Positions 25,769 through 34,607 of a stretch of DNA of 41,521 nt are shown here, piece after piece. Below the pieces are notes generated by a model. It ran no database searches, had not been told where the DNA came from, and saw nothing but the letters and a program-made list of their open reading frames with translations. Every line of letters begins with the position of its first letter. Position 1 is the stretch's first letter. A program made the position numbers and the translations under genes. Location: the IMG/VR virus record IMGVR_UViG_3300012231_000020, positions 1 through 41,521 of that record. One strand, given 5' to 3'. The stretch is from a virus (taxonomy: Duplodnaviria > Caudoviricetes).

Positions 25769-28121
25769 TGACGTACACCCTTATCATATTACCCTCTCTC
25801 TTTACTTTTCTCTCCGATAAGTGCCAGCCTGTCATCTTTACCATAGCAAAGGCGATCCTCTTACCGATACCCGATGAGAAACTCTTACGATCACCCCCGA
25901 GGCACTCAAGCCAGATATCGCGCGCTGTCGCCTCATCGCGCGGCGCGCTGCCCTTTGGCTGTGTCTCATCGCCCTGCAGGTATGCTTTGCGGTCCCAGAT
26001 ACTCATCTCGACCCAGTTATCAGGCAAAGCCGTATCGAGGTACTCGCGTATCATACCGACCCAGGGGTCCTTTTCAGTATGCGACTCTTGAACCTCCTCG
26101 GCCAGGAGCTCGAGGCGCTCGGTCAACTGTAGAGGCTCACTATTTGACCAGCCTCGGACGGCCTCGGCCCAGATCTGACCCCGCTCGCGCGCCAGATCAT
26201 TAAAGACCTTGCGCTTATTCTCAGTCGACTTTACAATCTTAACCGGCCAAAACCTGCGGCCTCCGGTCTGATCCTGTATAAAATCATCGTTATTACTCGA
26301 CCCTATAAAAATACAGCCCCGAGGATATGAGACTTTACGGTGCCCGTAAGCTGGGCGAAACTCGTCGCGCCTCTTACTGATAAAGTGCTTGATCACCTCG
26401 ACCTCGGCCCGTTTGAGCGCAGCCATCTCGGCGACCTCCATAAGCCAGGCCCCCTGCAAATTTTCCATCGCTTGATTGTTATCGAGCCGTCCGAAATTCT
26501 CGCTATACCACTCGCCCCCGAGCACGCTGATAAGCTCAGACTTTGCCGAGCCCTGCGGACCGACCAACACAAGCACGTTGTCGAATTTACAGCCAGGCTC
26601 CATCGCTCGGTACACGGCCCCGATCAGGGTCCTGCGCGTCACGGCTCTCGTATAAGGATTATCGTCAGCCCCGAGGTAATCGATCAGGAGCCGGTCGATC
26701 CTCTCGACCCCGTCCCAGACCAGCCCGCTGAGGTACTCCTGTACTGGGTTGAAAGCGCCCTCTCTCATCACAAGAGAAAGGCAATCCTTTATTTTGTTGA
26801 TCGCGACAAAGCGGTATGTCGTCTCGATGTACCAGCGCAGACCGGCGTCATCCTCGTCGGCCCAGCTCCGCTCGCCGGTCCTCTCGTCCCAGGGCAGCTC
26901 GCCAAAGACGCGGTACGAGCTCGAAAACTCGTTAAGCGCCAGCCGGCCTCTCAGCAAAGGATCGTTTCGTAGTATGATCAGGATATTCTCAGCCGTCGGC
27001 TCGATCTTGCCCTGCTTACCGACCTCGAGCGTTGCCAGCCAGTCGTCGAGGGCCCCGTCCTCCTCAGCGTCTTTAAAGGCCTCCTTTGCCCGCCCCGTTT
27101 GCTGCTTGACCAGATCGAGGTTAACGTCGGCAAAGCTGCGCGCGAGCTCAGCCATCGCTATGAACGAGGGCCGGCGCGTGATCGGAGTATCAGGCGCGAC
27201 CCTGTCGTCGGCTTTACCGTACTTATGCAGCCTCACGAGGTCAAAGCTATTGCACAGCACCCCGCCCGCTGGGTCGGTCCCGTGATGAGAGTAAGCGAAT
27301 TTGTCGTCGTACGTGACCAGCCCCGCTGCGGTCGATCCTCCTCGGTACGTGTACCGGTCAGCCCCCGCGTCCTCGTACTCGTCAGCCAGGAGCTCCGTGA
27401 TCGCGCGCTCGATACCGTAAGCCCTGCAGAAAGCACCGACGACCCCGCTCTTTTCGGTCGGGTCCTGAGCTGTCTGCAGACCTTCACGTACGACTCGCGC
27501 CTCGCCTGGGTGGACCGGCCATTGCGAGCTATCTTTCCAGTCCTTGTACCGCGCGAGCACCGCGTCAGCCCTGAGAAACTCACCAGACTGCACCGCGAAA
27601 AAGTACTCCCCGTCCTTTGGCATACTGGGCCAGTACATAAGGCGCTCACTCTGGAAAGTCGTCGGGTCGAAGTAGTCGAGGCCGATATCATCGGCGACCC
27701 TGCGGCTGATCGCCTCGTACTCGTCAGTCATTACCTCACGATCGAGCGGTATAACCAGCCGCAGACGGGGCGCTGCTGGCGTGTGCTTGTGAGTGCTGTA
27801 GACGGCCAGAGCGCAGGCGTATTCGAGTGTTATCTCGTCCCAGGCTCCGACGGGGGCGCTGTCGAGGTCGAGCGTGATCAGGCAGCGGGAAGATACCGCG
27901 CCCTTGCGCCTGCGGCCCCCCGTGATCGCGCCCCCGACAAAGCCCCCGACGTCTTTGATAGGGGCCTGCGTTTCAGAGTCCATAGCCGCGTACTCGCGGA
28001 CCGTCTCGCCTGTGTACTGGCACCGGCTGAGACGATCGACGAGCGTCGGCCAGTCGTACTTTTGGTTTTTCCAGTTTTTCTCTTTGCGGTGACGTCCTGT
28101 AGAGATCCAGAGTTCCTGCAT
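25746..28121 (-). CDS. Primase-helicase (primase-like N-terminus plus VapE P-loop domain)
   Basis: KDVGGFVGG, LDLD, YSTHKH..PRLR; GPQGSAKS Walker A, EVAEM, FIGSSN and TGGRRFWP. Confidence 0.9.
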   Translation of the reverse strand: MQELWISTGRHRKEKNWKNQKYDWPTLVDRLSRCQYTGETVREYAAMDSETQAPIKDVGGFVGGAITGGRRRKGAVSSRCLITLDLDSAPVGAWDEITLEYACALAVYSTHKHTPAAPRLRLVIPLDREVMTDEYEAISRRVADDIGLDYFDPTTFQSERLMYWPSMPKDGEYFFAVQSGEFLRADAVLARYKDWKDSSQWPVHPGEARVVREGLQTAQDPTEKSGVVGAFCRAYGIERAITELLADEYEDAGADRYTYRGGSTAAGLVTYDDKFAYSHHGTDPAGGVLCNSFDLVRLHKYGKADDRVAPDTPITRRPSFIAMAELARSFADVNLDLVKQQTGRAKEAFKDAEEDGALDDWLATLEVGKQGKIEPTAENILIILRNDPLLRGRLALNEFSSSYRVFGELPWDERTGERSWADEDDAGLRWYIETTYRFVAINKIKDCLSLVMREGAFNPVQEYLSGLVWDGVERIDRLLIDYLGADDNPYTRAVTRRTLIGAVYRAMEPGCKFDNVLVLVGPQGSAKSELISVLGGEWYSENFGRLDNNQAMENLQGAWLMEVAEMAALKRAEVEVIKHFISKRRDEFRPAYGHRKVSYPRGCIFIGSSNNDDFIQDQTGGRRFWPVKIVKSTENKRKVFNDLARERGQIWAEAVRGWSNSEPLQLTERLELLAEEVQESHTEKDPWVGMIREYLDTALPDNWVEMSIWDRKAYLQGDETQPKGSAPRDEATARDIWLECLGGDRKSFSSGIGKRIAFAMVKMTGWHLSERKVKREGNMIRVYVRDAANEK

Positions 28122-28122
28122 A

Positions 28123-28452
28123 CTATAAAAAGGCTTTTTGATCGTTATATCGAGGAAAGATTTCGGAGCGGAGAAAGTTGTCGAGCTTAGAGCGCTCGAT
28201 CAGGTTATCGAAGTTGAGCACGGTATACCCTTTGTCTTTAAGGTACTCGACGAGCTGCTCCTCGTCAAAATCATCGAGTACTTTCTCAGCGACCTGGCTC
28301 TCAGCAGCGTCGTCGGTGATCTCATTTTTCAACTCGTCGAGAGCGTCCTCAATTTCGGCGAGCATCTCGCCCCCTCCGAGGTGATAGGCGACGATAGACT
28401 TAATCTGTGTTACCGTGTCGGCAATACATTCGAGCGTGTCTTTTGTGGTCAT
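28123..28452 (-). CDS. Hypothetical acidic protein
   Basis: 109 aa, D/E-rich; first gene after leader RNA A. Confidence 0.65.
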   Translation of the reverse strand: MTTKDTLECIADTVTQIKSIVAYHLGGGEMLAEIEDALDELKNEITDDAAESQVAEKVLDDFDEEQLVEYLKDKGYTVLNFDNLIERSKLDNFLRSEIFPRYNDQKAFL

Positions 28453-28469
28453 AATTACAGATTTAGGAT

Positions 28470-28551
28470 AAAAAAGCCCTGACGGTTTGGGCTGGCACCC
28501 GCCCCGTCAGGGCTAAAAGGTTATTTATCTACTATCTCCGTGCCAGCGGAG
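28470..28551 (-). ncRNA. Putative kissing-loop leader/attenuator RNA, copy A
   Basis: Hairpin CUCCG-CUGGCA-CGGAG, then terminator-like AGCCCUGACGG...GGG-UGCCAG-CCC...CCGUCAGGGCU followed by UUUUU; the two loops are complementary. Confidence 0.65.
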
Positions 28552-28559
28552 TGAGAGCT

Positions 28560-28592
28560 TAAAGGTAACGAAAGAGTTGCCATAAGTCCAAA
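28560..28592 (-). promoter_or_regulatory. Promoter with GTAAC-N6-GTT(G)C operator
   Basis: Minus strand TTTG-N21-TACCTTTA; GGTAACgaaagaGTTGCC at 28564-28581. Confidence 0.6.
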
Positions 28593-28600
28593 TTAATTTT

Positions 28601-29250
28601 TTAAAGCCCTATCATCTCGCGAACATAGTACGCCGTATACTGCTCGGCCATCGCGCGAGCGATACCGGTAAAAGTCTTTGAGCGGTTTTTCGCCCTGTCC
28701 GCGCTCGGAGGCATCCTCCAGACACGGCCCTCACGTCCCTCGACTTTATCGGACGGCTGCAGCGCTGGCAGGCCCTTAGTCCAGAGACAGGTCGCTTTTG
28801 TCTCGCCGTGACCGTGATCGTGAGGCTGTATAACTTGCGGCTTTTGCTGTAATATCTCAATATTGAGCCAGCGCTCGTAAAGATCTGGAAAGTGCTTTTT
28901 AAGGTACTTACCTCCTGACATTATACCGACGGGGTTCTCGACAAGATCAGACAGCTCAGCGATATCGAGAAAAAATTTAATACTCTCGCGCTGACTCCCG
29001 TCGGCTCTTTTGCCTGCGAACCAGCGCGCTCCGCTGACAGCCAGATCGGTGCATGGAGGGAAAGAGATAATAAGATCCCAGTGCCTCGACCTCGCAGTCG
29101 CCAGCGCATCGTCCTGTATATGCCACTCAGCGCGGCCCCCGCTGCAGGGTAAAAGATCGCAGCTAAAGGCCTCCCAGCCTTGCCTTCTCATCTCATCTCT
29201 AAGCAGAGCGCCTGACTTTCCTCACAAAGTATTATTGCTTTACCTATCAT
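28601..29250 (-). pseudogene. Phage DNA cytosine (C5) methyltransferase-like gene, frameshifted near its 5' end
   Basis: FPPCT and ENPV motifs; the N-terminus MIGKAIILCEESQALCLEMR starts at 29250 but is put out of frame by (CTCAT)2 at 29187-29196. Confidence 0.75.
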
Positions 29251-31268
29251 TAATCTTCTTTTTTATAGTATAGAGTCTCAAAGCCGTCGCCTTTTAAAGG
29301 TAAGCCAGGGGCCCAGCTTACGGGCTGACTCATTACCTTATCAATATCTCGATAATCGATACCGGTACTCGCCTCGATAACTACCTCGTCGTGTACGTGC
29401 ATCACGATCTTTCGCCCCCAGAGGTGCAGATCTCTCACTTTCTCGGCCAGCACGTCGCGAGCGATCGCCTGCGTGATATTCTCGACAAGCAGGCCCCCGT
29501 AAGCTCTCATCTTTACCCATTTTTTACTCGTCTGATCCATACCCTGATATTCGAGCTGTACCCCTCCGAATTTAGGATTGTCGACCAGCTTTGGCCTCAT
29601 GTAAGCCAGAGCACGCCCCGAGGGCAGAGTACAAAATAGGACATTTTTCTCGACGTGAAAAGATACTTTACCACAAGTGACGCGCTGACCGGAGTCGACG
29701 CAGTCGATCGCTGCAGCGTTGACGTCGTACCAGAGCTTTTTGATCTTAGGGCTCGCAGCGCGCCAGCGGTTAACGATATCTTGTTTCTCCTCATCCGAAG
29801 GGTTAAAGTCAAAGGTCTTGCCCTTTTCGTAAGCCCTGCGCTGCTCGGTCGCGATCATCGAGCTCATTGCCCCGACTGAGCCCTGATAACCGAGCGCCAG
29901 CTCTGCGACCTTGCCCGCGTCCCGATACATCGAGCCCTTAGTCACGGCCTCGATAGGTATCTTGAACATCGCAGCCGCGCTGGCCTCGTATATTTTACCG
30001 TGACCGTTAAAGACGTCGAGCCGCCAACTCTCACCGGCGAGCCAAGCAATCACCCTCGCCTCGATAGCTGAAAAGTCAGATACGAGAAACTTTTTACCCT
30101 CTGCAGGAATAAAGGCGGTACGGCAAAGCTGAGACAGTACGAGCGTCACGTTATCGAAAAATAGCTCGAGACTATCCAGATCGCCCTCGCGGACCAGCTC
30201 ACGGGCCAAGTCCAAATTCGGGAGCCAGTTCTTAACGAGATTCTGTACCTGCACCCCGCGACCAGCCCAGCGCCCCGTACGGTTAGCCCCGTAATATTGA
30301 AAGAGGCCCCGTATACGGTCGTCAGCGCAAGCCATATCGAGCATCTTTTTATATTTGGTAATCGAGCTGCGGCTTATCTTTTGCCTGATCTCGAGCACCT
30401 TTTTAGCTGCGCCCTCTCCGGCCTTTTCGATCAGGCCAGGAACCGAGCCGGCCTTGAGATCCTCGACCTCCTCGCCGATCTCATCCTCAAGCCAAGCCTT
30501 GAGCTGCGAAACGCTTTTCGGGTTAGCGATACCGGTCAGGCTGATCGCCTCGCCGATGAGACGCCCTGCGTAGATTTCGTTGAGCCTGATACACTCCTCG
30601 ACGAGCTTGCGGTCGATCTTGACGCCTGTATTATTGATCGCCAGATCGATGAGATACATCGGAGCCTCAAAAGCTGATACCTTAAAAAACTCGATCTTAG
30701 CCCTGACGGCCTGCTCGACCTCGACGTCGATTTTGCAGTACTCTTTAAATTCGTCCCAGCGCTGAGGATCGTGATAAGAATAGTTTCGGGTCCTCATGCC
30801 GTTGGCTTTTGTCGGCTTGCACGGAGTACAAAAGTATTTGATATGAGCCCCAGCGACGAACTTTTGCACCTGCAGGCCCAGCACGTCAGCGACGTACCCG
30901 AGGCCAAAGGGTAAGCCGAGCATCGCGGCCTTAACCATAGTACAAGACCATTGCGCGGGGTCGAGATCAGGACAAAAAGATTTGGATAAGCAGGCAATCT
31001 CGAAAGCTGCGTTATACGCTGTCTTGAGGATCGTCGGGTCGAGTATCGCAGCCCTGACCTCCTCAAGCTCCTCATATACGTTTGAGCTGAGCGCGTCCTC
31101 ATCGAGGTTTGTGAGATCGATGATCTGGCGATCTTCATCGTCGTATTGGTACCCGATGAGCATGATCTCAAAGTCGGGGCTCTCGACGTACTTGTGGACG
31201 CCCTGACCCTTGAGCCCCCCGAGCGGTACGCTTGAAAAAGTTTCTATATCGATCGCGAGTTTTCTCAT
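29250..31268 (-). CDS. polA: DNA polymerase, family A (3'-5' exonuclease plus polymerase)
   Basis: DIET and YNAAFE exonuclease motifs; motif A DFSAIEARV, motif B RDAGKVAELALGY, motif C HVHDE. Confidence 0.93.
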   Translation of the reverse strand: MRKLAIDIETFSSVPLGGLKGQGVHKYVESPDFEIMLIGYQYDDEDRQIIDLTNLDEDALSSNVYEELEEVRAAILDPTILKTAYNAAFEIACLSKSFCPDLDPAQWSCTMVKAAMLGLPFGLGYVADVLGLQVQKFVAGAHIKYFCTPCKPTKANGMRTRNYSYHDPQRWDEFKEYCKIDVEVEQAVRAKIEFFKVSAFEAPMYLIDLAINNTGVKIDRKLVEECIRLNEIYAGRLIGEAISLTGIANPKSVSQLKAWLEDEIGEEVEDLKAGSVPGLIEKAGEGAAKKVLEIRQKISRSSITKYKKMLDMACADDRIRGLFQYYGANRTGRWAGRGVQVQNLVKNWLPNLDLARELVREGDLDSLELFFDNVTLVLSQLCRTAFIPAEGKKFLVSDFSAIEARVIAWLAGESWRLDVFNGHGKIYEASAAAMFKIPIEAVTKGSMYRDAGKVAELALGYQGSVGAMSSMIATEQRRAYEKGKTFDFNPSDEEKQDIVNRWRAASPKIKKLWYDVNAAAIDCVDSGQRVTCGKVSFHVEKNVLFCTLPSGRALAYMRPKLVDNPKFGGVQLEYQGMDQTSKKWVKMRAYGGLLVENITQAIARDVLAEKVRDLHLWGRKIVMHVHDEVVIEASTGIDYRDIDKVMSQPVSWAPGLPLKGDGFETLYYKKED

Positions 31269-31269
31269 A

Positions 31270-31533
31270 CTACTCTACTTTTCCGTTAAGCTCGTTAATA
31301 AGCAGCTCTTTGAGATACACGAGCGAATTGCTTTTATTTGCAGCTTGACTTGTATAAGTGCTATACATATACCCGCCCCCTCTAAATAGTTGTACCTCGT
31401 ACTGCATAGGCAGCTCGGCTGCGCTGGCAGCGTAAACAGAGTAACCAGGCGAGCCCTTAGAGTACCACTGTACCCCGTACTCTGAGCCGTCGACTAAAAA
31501 AGTAAATTTTACGTGATTAAGTACTATTTTCAT
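31270..31533 (-). CDS. Hypothetical protein
   Basis: 87 aa, preceded by its own promoter/operator. Confidence 0.6.
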   Translation of the reverse strand: MKIVLNHVKFTFLVDGSEYGVQWYSKGSPGYSVYAASAAELPMQYEVQLFRGGGYMYSTYTSQAANKSNSLVYLKELLINELNGKVE

Positions 31534-31547
31534 AACGTTTATTTTTA

Positions 31548-31578
31548 CGAATATAGGTAACTATTTCGTTACTACAAA
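31548..31578 (-). promoter_or_regulatory. Promoter with GTAAC-N6-GTTAC operator
   Basis: Minus strand TTTG-N19-TATATTCG; GGTAACtatttcGTTACT at 31556-31573. Confidence 0.72.
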
Positions 31579-31610
31579 AAGAAAGCCGATAAATATTTTA
31601 TCGGCTTTCT
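31576..31610 (-). terminator. Intrinsic terminator after the SSB gene
   Basis: 14-bp stem AGAAAGCCGATAAA/TTTATCGGCTTTCT with a U tail on the minus strand. Confidence 0.75.
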
Positions 31611-31629
31611 GATAGGTACAAAAAAGCCT

Positions 31630-32190
31630 TTACAGGCCGTCGTCGTCACCGTCCTGCTCGACCTCGATATCTTTAAAGGCGACGCTCGCGCTCTCTTTAC
31701 CTGCCAGAGCCGGCCCGTCTTTCACTTTCAGGATATTGTTAAGTCCGCAGGCAATACCCTTATTGCCCTGAGTATTGAAGGCGTAAAAATTAACGTCCGC
31801 TTTTGCATAGCAACCGGAGTATAATTTTGTTTTATCGATCATCTCGTTTTTGTCGCTGTCGAGTACCCCTGGGGCCTGCGAGCTGCTTGAGTTGATCCAG
31901 TAATGGCCCTTATAATTTACGTCGTCTGGCTTTTCGACATCGCCGTCACGCAAAGGCATTTTTAAGACAGCCGGTTTTTTACCTCCCCATTTAGGAAGGC
32001 CCTGCTCGACCGCTGCAGCGATAGCAGCGTTGATCTTTTTGATCGTTTCCTTATCTGATTTCGGTATCAGCAGCGCTGCGCTGTACTTTTTTGGGCCCCC
32101 GTCCTGCATTGATGTTGGCTCCCAGACATGAAGGAAAGAGAGACGAACGGTACCCGTGATCACTTTAGTGAGGCTTTTTGATTCTGACAT
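31630..32190 (-). CDS. DUF2815-family single-stranded DNA-binding protein
   Basis: VRLSF, KYSAALLIPK, PLRDGD, YSGCY and GIACGLNN motifs with an acidic C-terminal tail. Confidence 0.88.
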   Translation of the reverse strand: MSESKSLTKVITGTVRLSFLHVWEPTSMQDGGPKKYSAALLIPKSDKETIKKINAAIAAAVEQGLPKWGGKKPAVLKMPLRDGDVEKPDDVNYKGHYWINSSSSQAPGVLDSDKNEMIDKTKLYSGCYAKADVNFYAFNTQGNKGIACGLNNILKVKDGPALAGKESASVAFKDIEVEQDGDDDGL

Positions 32191-32223
32191 TTTTAAACGT
32201 TTTAGATTATTAATAAAAATTGA

Positions 32224-33390
32224 TTACTCATTTTCGAAAGCTGTCTTTGCCCGATCTGCGGCTCCGAAAGCTGGCCTCTTATCGCTCTCGGCGACAAGTA
32301 CCGGCTTACCTGGGGGCTTATGTATCAGGTCAGACAGTAAGCGCTCAAAGTCATTTTTGCCGAGGAGCTTAGTCATATCGGTGATACCTTTGATCTTCAT
32401 GTTGTAAAGATCGCCGGAGTTGAGCCCCGACTTGACCAATTTACTGACGACTTTCTCCTCGTCAATATACTGCCTGACGCTGCGGCCCTCGACGAGTTTC
32501 ATACCTGGCCAGCTTACCCCGTTATTAACTGCAGCGTTGAGCGCGTACTCCTCGACCGCGCTAAGCCAGTCGGTAAAAAATTTAGCTTTCTGCAGGATCT
32601 CGCTCACGTCCTCGGGGCCCAAGAAAGACGGCCCCGTCTCCTCATCGAGAAAGGCCTTCTTTGCCAGCTCGAGGTTAACGGTCGCCAGCGCTTTACATTT
32701 GCCTTTGACCTTGCAAAATTGGCAATGAGGGCCAGGAACAAAGTCACCGGTCCCGTCAAAGGCCTCTTTCGCCTTTGGCCGCAGTACCTCGTCAGCCCAG
32801 TAAAGCAGGTCGTCAGCGCTGACCGAGTGAGTGCTGATATTATCGATACGGGGCTGATAAATTACCATATTTACCCGATCGATAGTGTAAAGACTCCGCA
32901 GATCCTCGTACACCCCGAGAGCGTAGAGCTTGAGCTGAGGGTTATCGTCTGCAAAGACTGGGACGCCTTTCCCGTACTTGAGGTCGATTATCCAGAGCTG
33001 GCCGTCCGCGACGATTTGTATATCGACCGTACCAAAGCCGTCCGGCACCCAGTTCGTCAGATTAACGCGCTCCTCGGTAAAGATCACGGGGTCGCGATCG
33101 GCCAGCGTGTTAAAGAGCTCGAGCACGTATACGGCAAAGCCCTCGCAAAAGTCAGCCATCTCGCCGGTATACAGCCCGTCGACCTCGATCTCCTTTACCC
33201 TTTTCTTAAACTCCTTATCTAAGATCCTCCCGAGCTTGTGATTAATCACGAGCTCGCTGAGCTTGTGCGCGAGGGTGCCCTCGTCAGCGTACGAGCTCGA
33301 CGTATAAGGCTCGCGGGCCTCGAGCTGAGCTGAAGGCGCGCATTTAAGCCAGCGCGAGGCGCTTGACGGCGATAAGACTGCGTGACTCAT
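32224..33390 (-). CDS. DUF2800 Cas4-like PD-(D/E)xK nuclease
   Basis: HAVLSPSSASRWLKC, ADEGTLAH, GFGTVD, IDLKYGKG, QLKLYALG and CQFC...C. Confidence 0.9.
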   Translation of the reverse strand: MSHAVLSPSSASRWLKCAPSAQLEAREPYTSSSYADEGTLAHKLSELVINHKLGRILDKEFKKRVKEIEVDGLYTGEMADFCEGFAVYVLELFNTLADRDPVIFTEERVNLTNWVPDGFGTVDIQIVADGQLWIIDLKYGKGVPVFADDNPQLKLYALGVYEDLRSLYTIDRVNMVIYQPRIDNISTHSVSADDLLYWADEVLRPKAKEAFDGTGDFVPGPHCQFCKVKGKCKALATVNLELAKKAFLDEETGPSFLGPEDVSEILQKAKFFTDWLSAVEEYALNAAVNNGVSWPGMKLVEGRSVRQYIDEEKVVSKLVKSGLNSGDLYNMKIKGITDMTKLLGKNDFERLLSDLIHKPPGKPVLVAESDKRPAFGAADRAKTAFENE

Positions 33391-33761
33391 AAGCTGACAA
33401 TATAAGCGTGAAAGGCCTCAAAGTCTTTCGGCTGCAGGCCGTTTAAGCCTTCAGGGTACCCCAGCTCGGTGAGCTTTGCCCTGATCGCGTCTTTCTTACC
33501 TGCTTTTGACTTAGGCACAGCGAGAGCGCGCAGACTCTCGAGAGTGTGAGTTGAGCCGTTTGAGCTTTCCGGCGCTGAGCTTTCTGACGGTGATACCTCG
33601 GCGACGCTGACAGAGGCCTGAGACTTTTCGACCGCTGGGGCTTTGGTAGACTTTGTTTTCGTTTCTTGTACTGAGGGCTGGGCTTTCGCCCCAGCGAGGG
33701 CCGTCAAAGCGGCTAAGAGCGCAGCGTCCGCGCTGAGTGTGACTTTGATCTCGATTTGCAT
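33387..33761 (-). CDS. Conserved hypothetical protein of the DUF2800 replication operon
   Basis: Low-complexity linker followed by TLESLRAL...KKDAIRAKLTELG; typical position upstream of DUF2800. Confidence 0.7.
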   Translation of the reverse strand: MQIEIKVTLSADAALLAALTALAGAKAQPSVQETKTKSTKAPAVEKSQASVSVAEVSPSESSAPESSNGSTHTLESLRALAVPKSKAGKKDAIRAKLTELGYPEGLNGLQPKDFEAFHAYIVSL

Positions 33762-33886
33762 TTTTTATCGTTTTAGTGAATAAAGAGTTGTGAGCCGCGC
33801 AGCGCTGACCAAAGAGCTGCTCGCGGAGGCTGAGGCGAGTACCGCAGCCGAATATCTCGCAGACGACGGGGTCGCCTGGTAAAAAG

Positions 33887-34072
33887 CTATTTTCCAATTT
33901 TGACGAGAACAGGATTAGCAGCGATGAGAGGATTGATACCGTAAAAGAAAGCCGCGTTAGTACGGTCGCTAAATTTGAACATATACCCGAAAGGCTTGAG
34001 GCCTTTATATTTCATCCTGTATACTTTGCCATTTTCTGAGAGGTCGTAGTACCTGTTAATTTTGAGCGTCAT
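33887..34072 (-). CDS. Hypothetical protein, first gene of the leftward early operon
   Basis: 61 aa, directly downstream of the leftward promoter. Confidence 0.55.
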   Translation of the reverse strand: MTLKINRYYDLSENGKVYRMKYKGLKPFGYMFKFSDRTNAAFFYGINPLIAANPVLVKIGK

Positions 34073-34109
34073 AACTGATAAATTTTAAGCGTTTAAACTG
34101 ATAAGACTA

Positions 34110-34157
34110 CAAAGATAGGGGAAACTTTGTAGTTTCCAAATTTAAGTGATACATTTG
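34110..34157. promoter_or_regulatory. Overlapping divergent Bacteroidota promoters with a central operator
   Basis: Minus strand: TTTG (34140-34137)-N19-TATCTTTG (34117-34110). Plus strand: TTTG (34126-29)-N20-TACATTTG (34150-57). Palindrome GGAAACtttgtaGTTTCC at 34120-34137. Confidence 0.8.
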
Positions 34158-34170
34158 TCAAAAATAATTT

Positions 34171-34353
34171 ATGAAAAAGATGACGGTACAGGAGTACGCG
34201 ATCGCGCGAGGCCTGAAATTTGACTCCTCAGTACGAAAGGCGATAAAGTTTGGTCACAAGCTGCCAGGGGTCCTGCGGCTCGAAAAGTTCGGGCACGCTC
34301 ACGTCCTGATCGTAGACGAGCGGGTCCTCGCTAAGTACTTAGAGACAGCTTAA
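34171..34353 (+). CDS. Small winged-HTH (excisionase/MerR-like) DNA-binding protein, candidate repressor
   Basis: MTVQEYAIARG....VRKAIK.G.KLPGV....KFG pattern; first gene of the rightward transcript. Confidence 0.65.
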   Translation: MKKMTVQEYAIARGLKFDSSVRKAIKFGHKLPGVLRLEKFGHAHVLIVDERVLAKYLETA

Positions 34354-34371
34354 AAAATAGTTAAAGAAAAG

Positions 34372-34402
34372 TTTGGAGGTAACGAATTAGTTACTATCTT
34401 TG
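34372..34402 (+). promoter_or_regulatory. Consensus Bacteroidota promoter with operator in the spacer
   Basis: TTTG-N19-TATCTTTG; GGTAACgaattaGTTACT at 34378-34395. Confidence 0.8.
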
Positions 34403-34441
34403 TGAGGCACTAATCATCTAATCAGCTAAAAAAGTTAAGTT

Positions 34442-34597
34442 ATGACAAAGACCGAAATTATCGAGCGTATCGCGGAGCTCACAATCGAAATTTTATGTAT
34501 ATTATCGAGCGGCGATAATAGTGTCGCAGCCTCGGCCCGCTGGGCAAAGCTGCAGCGTGAGCGGTCCCGACTCAAAGCCCTTTACATTACCCTTTAA
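34442..34597 (+). CDS. Hypothetical protein (51 aa)
   Basis: Manual translation MTKTEIIERIAELTIEILCILSSGDN...KALYITL, directly after the promoter. Confidence 0.55.
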   Translation: MTKTEIIERIAELTIEILCILSSGDNSVAASARWAKLQRERSRLKALYITL

Positions 34598-34607
34598 AAT
34601 TTGCCTT

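Noticed and set aside
32224-33390. Cas4 as evidence of a CRISPR system
   Set aside because: It is the common solo DUF2800 nuclease of this replication module; there are no other cas genes or array.
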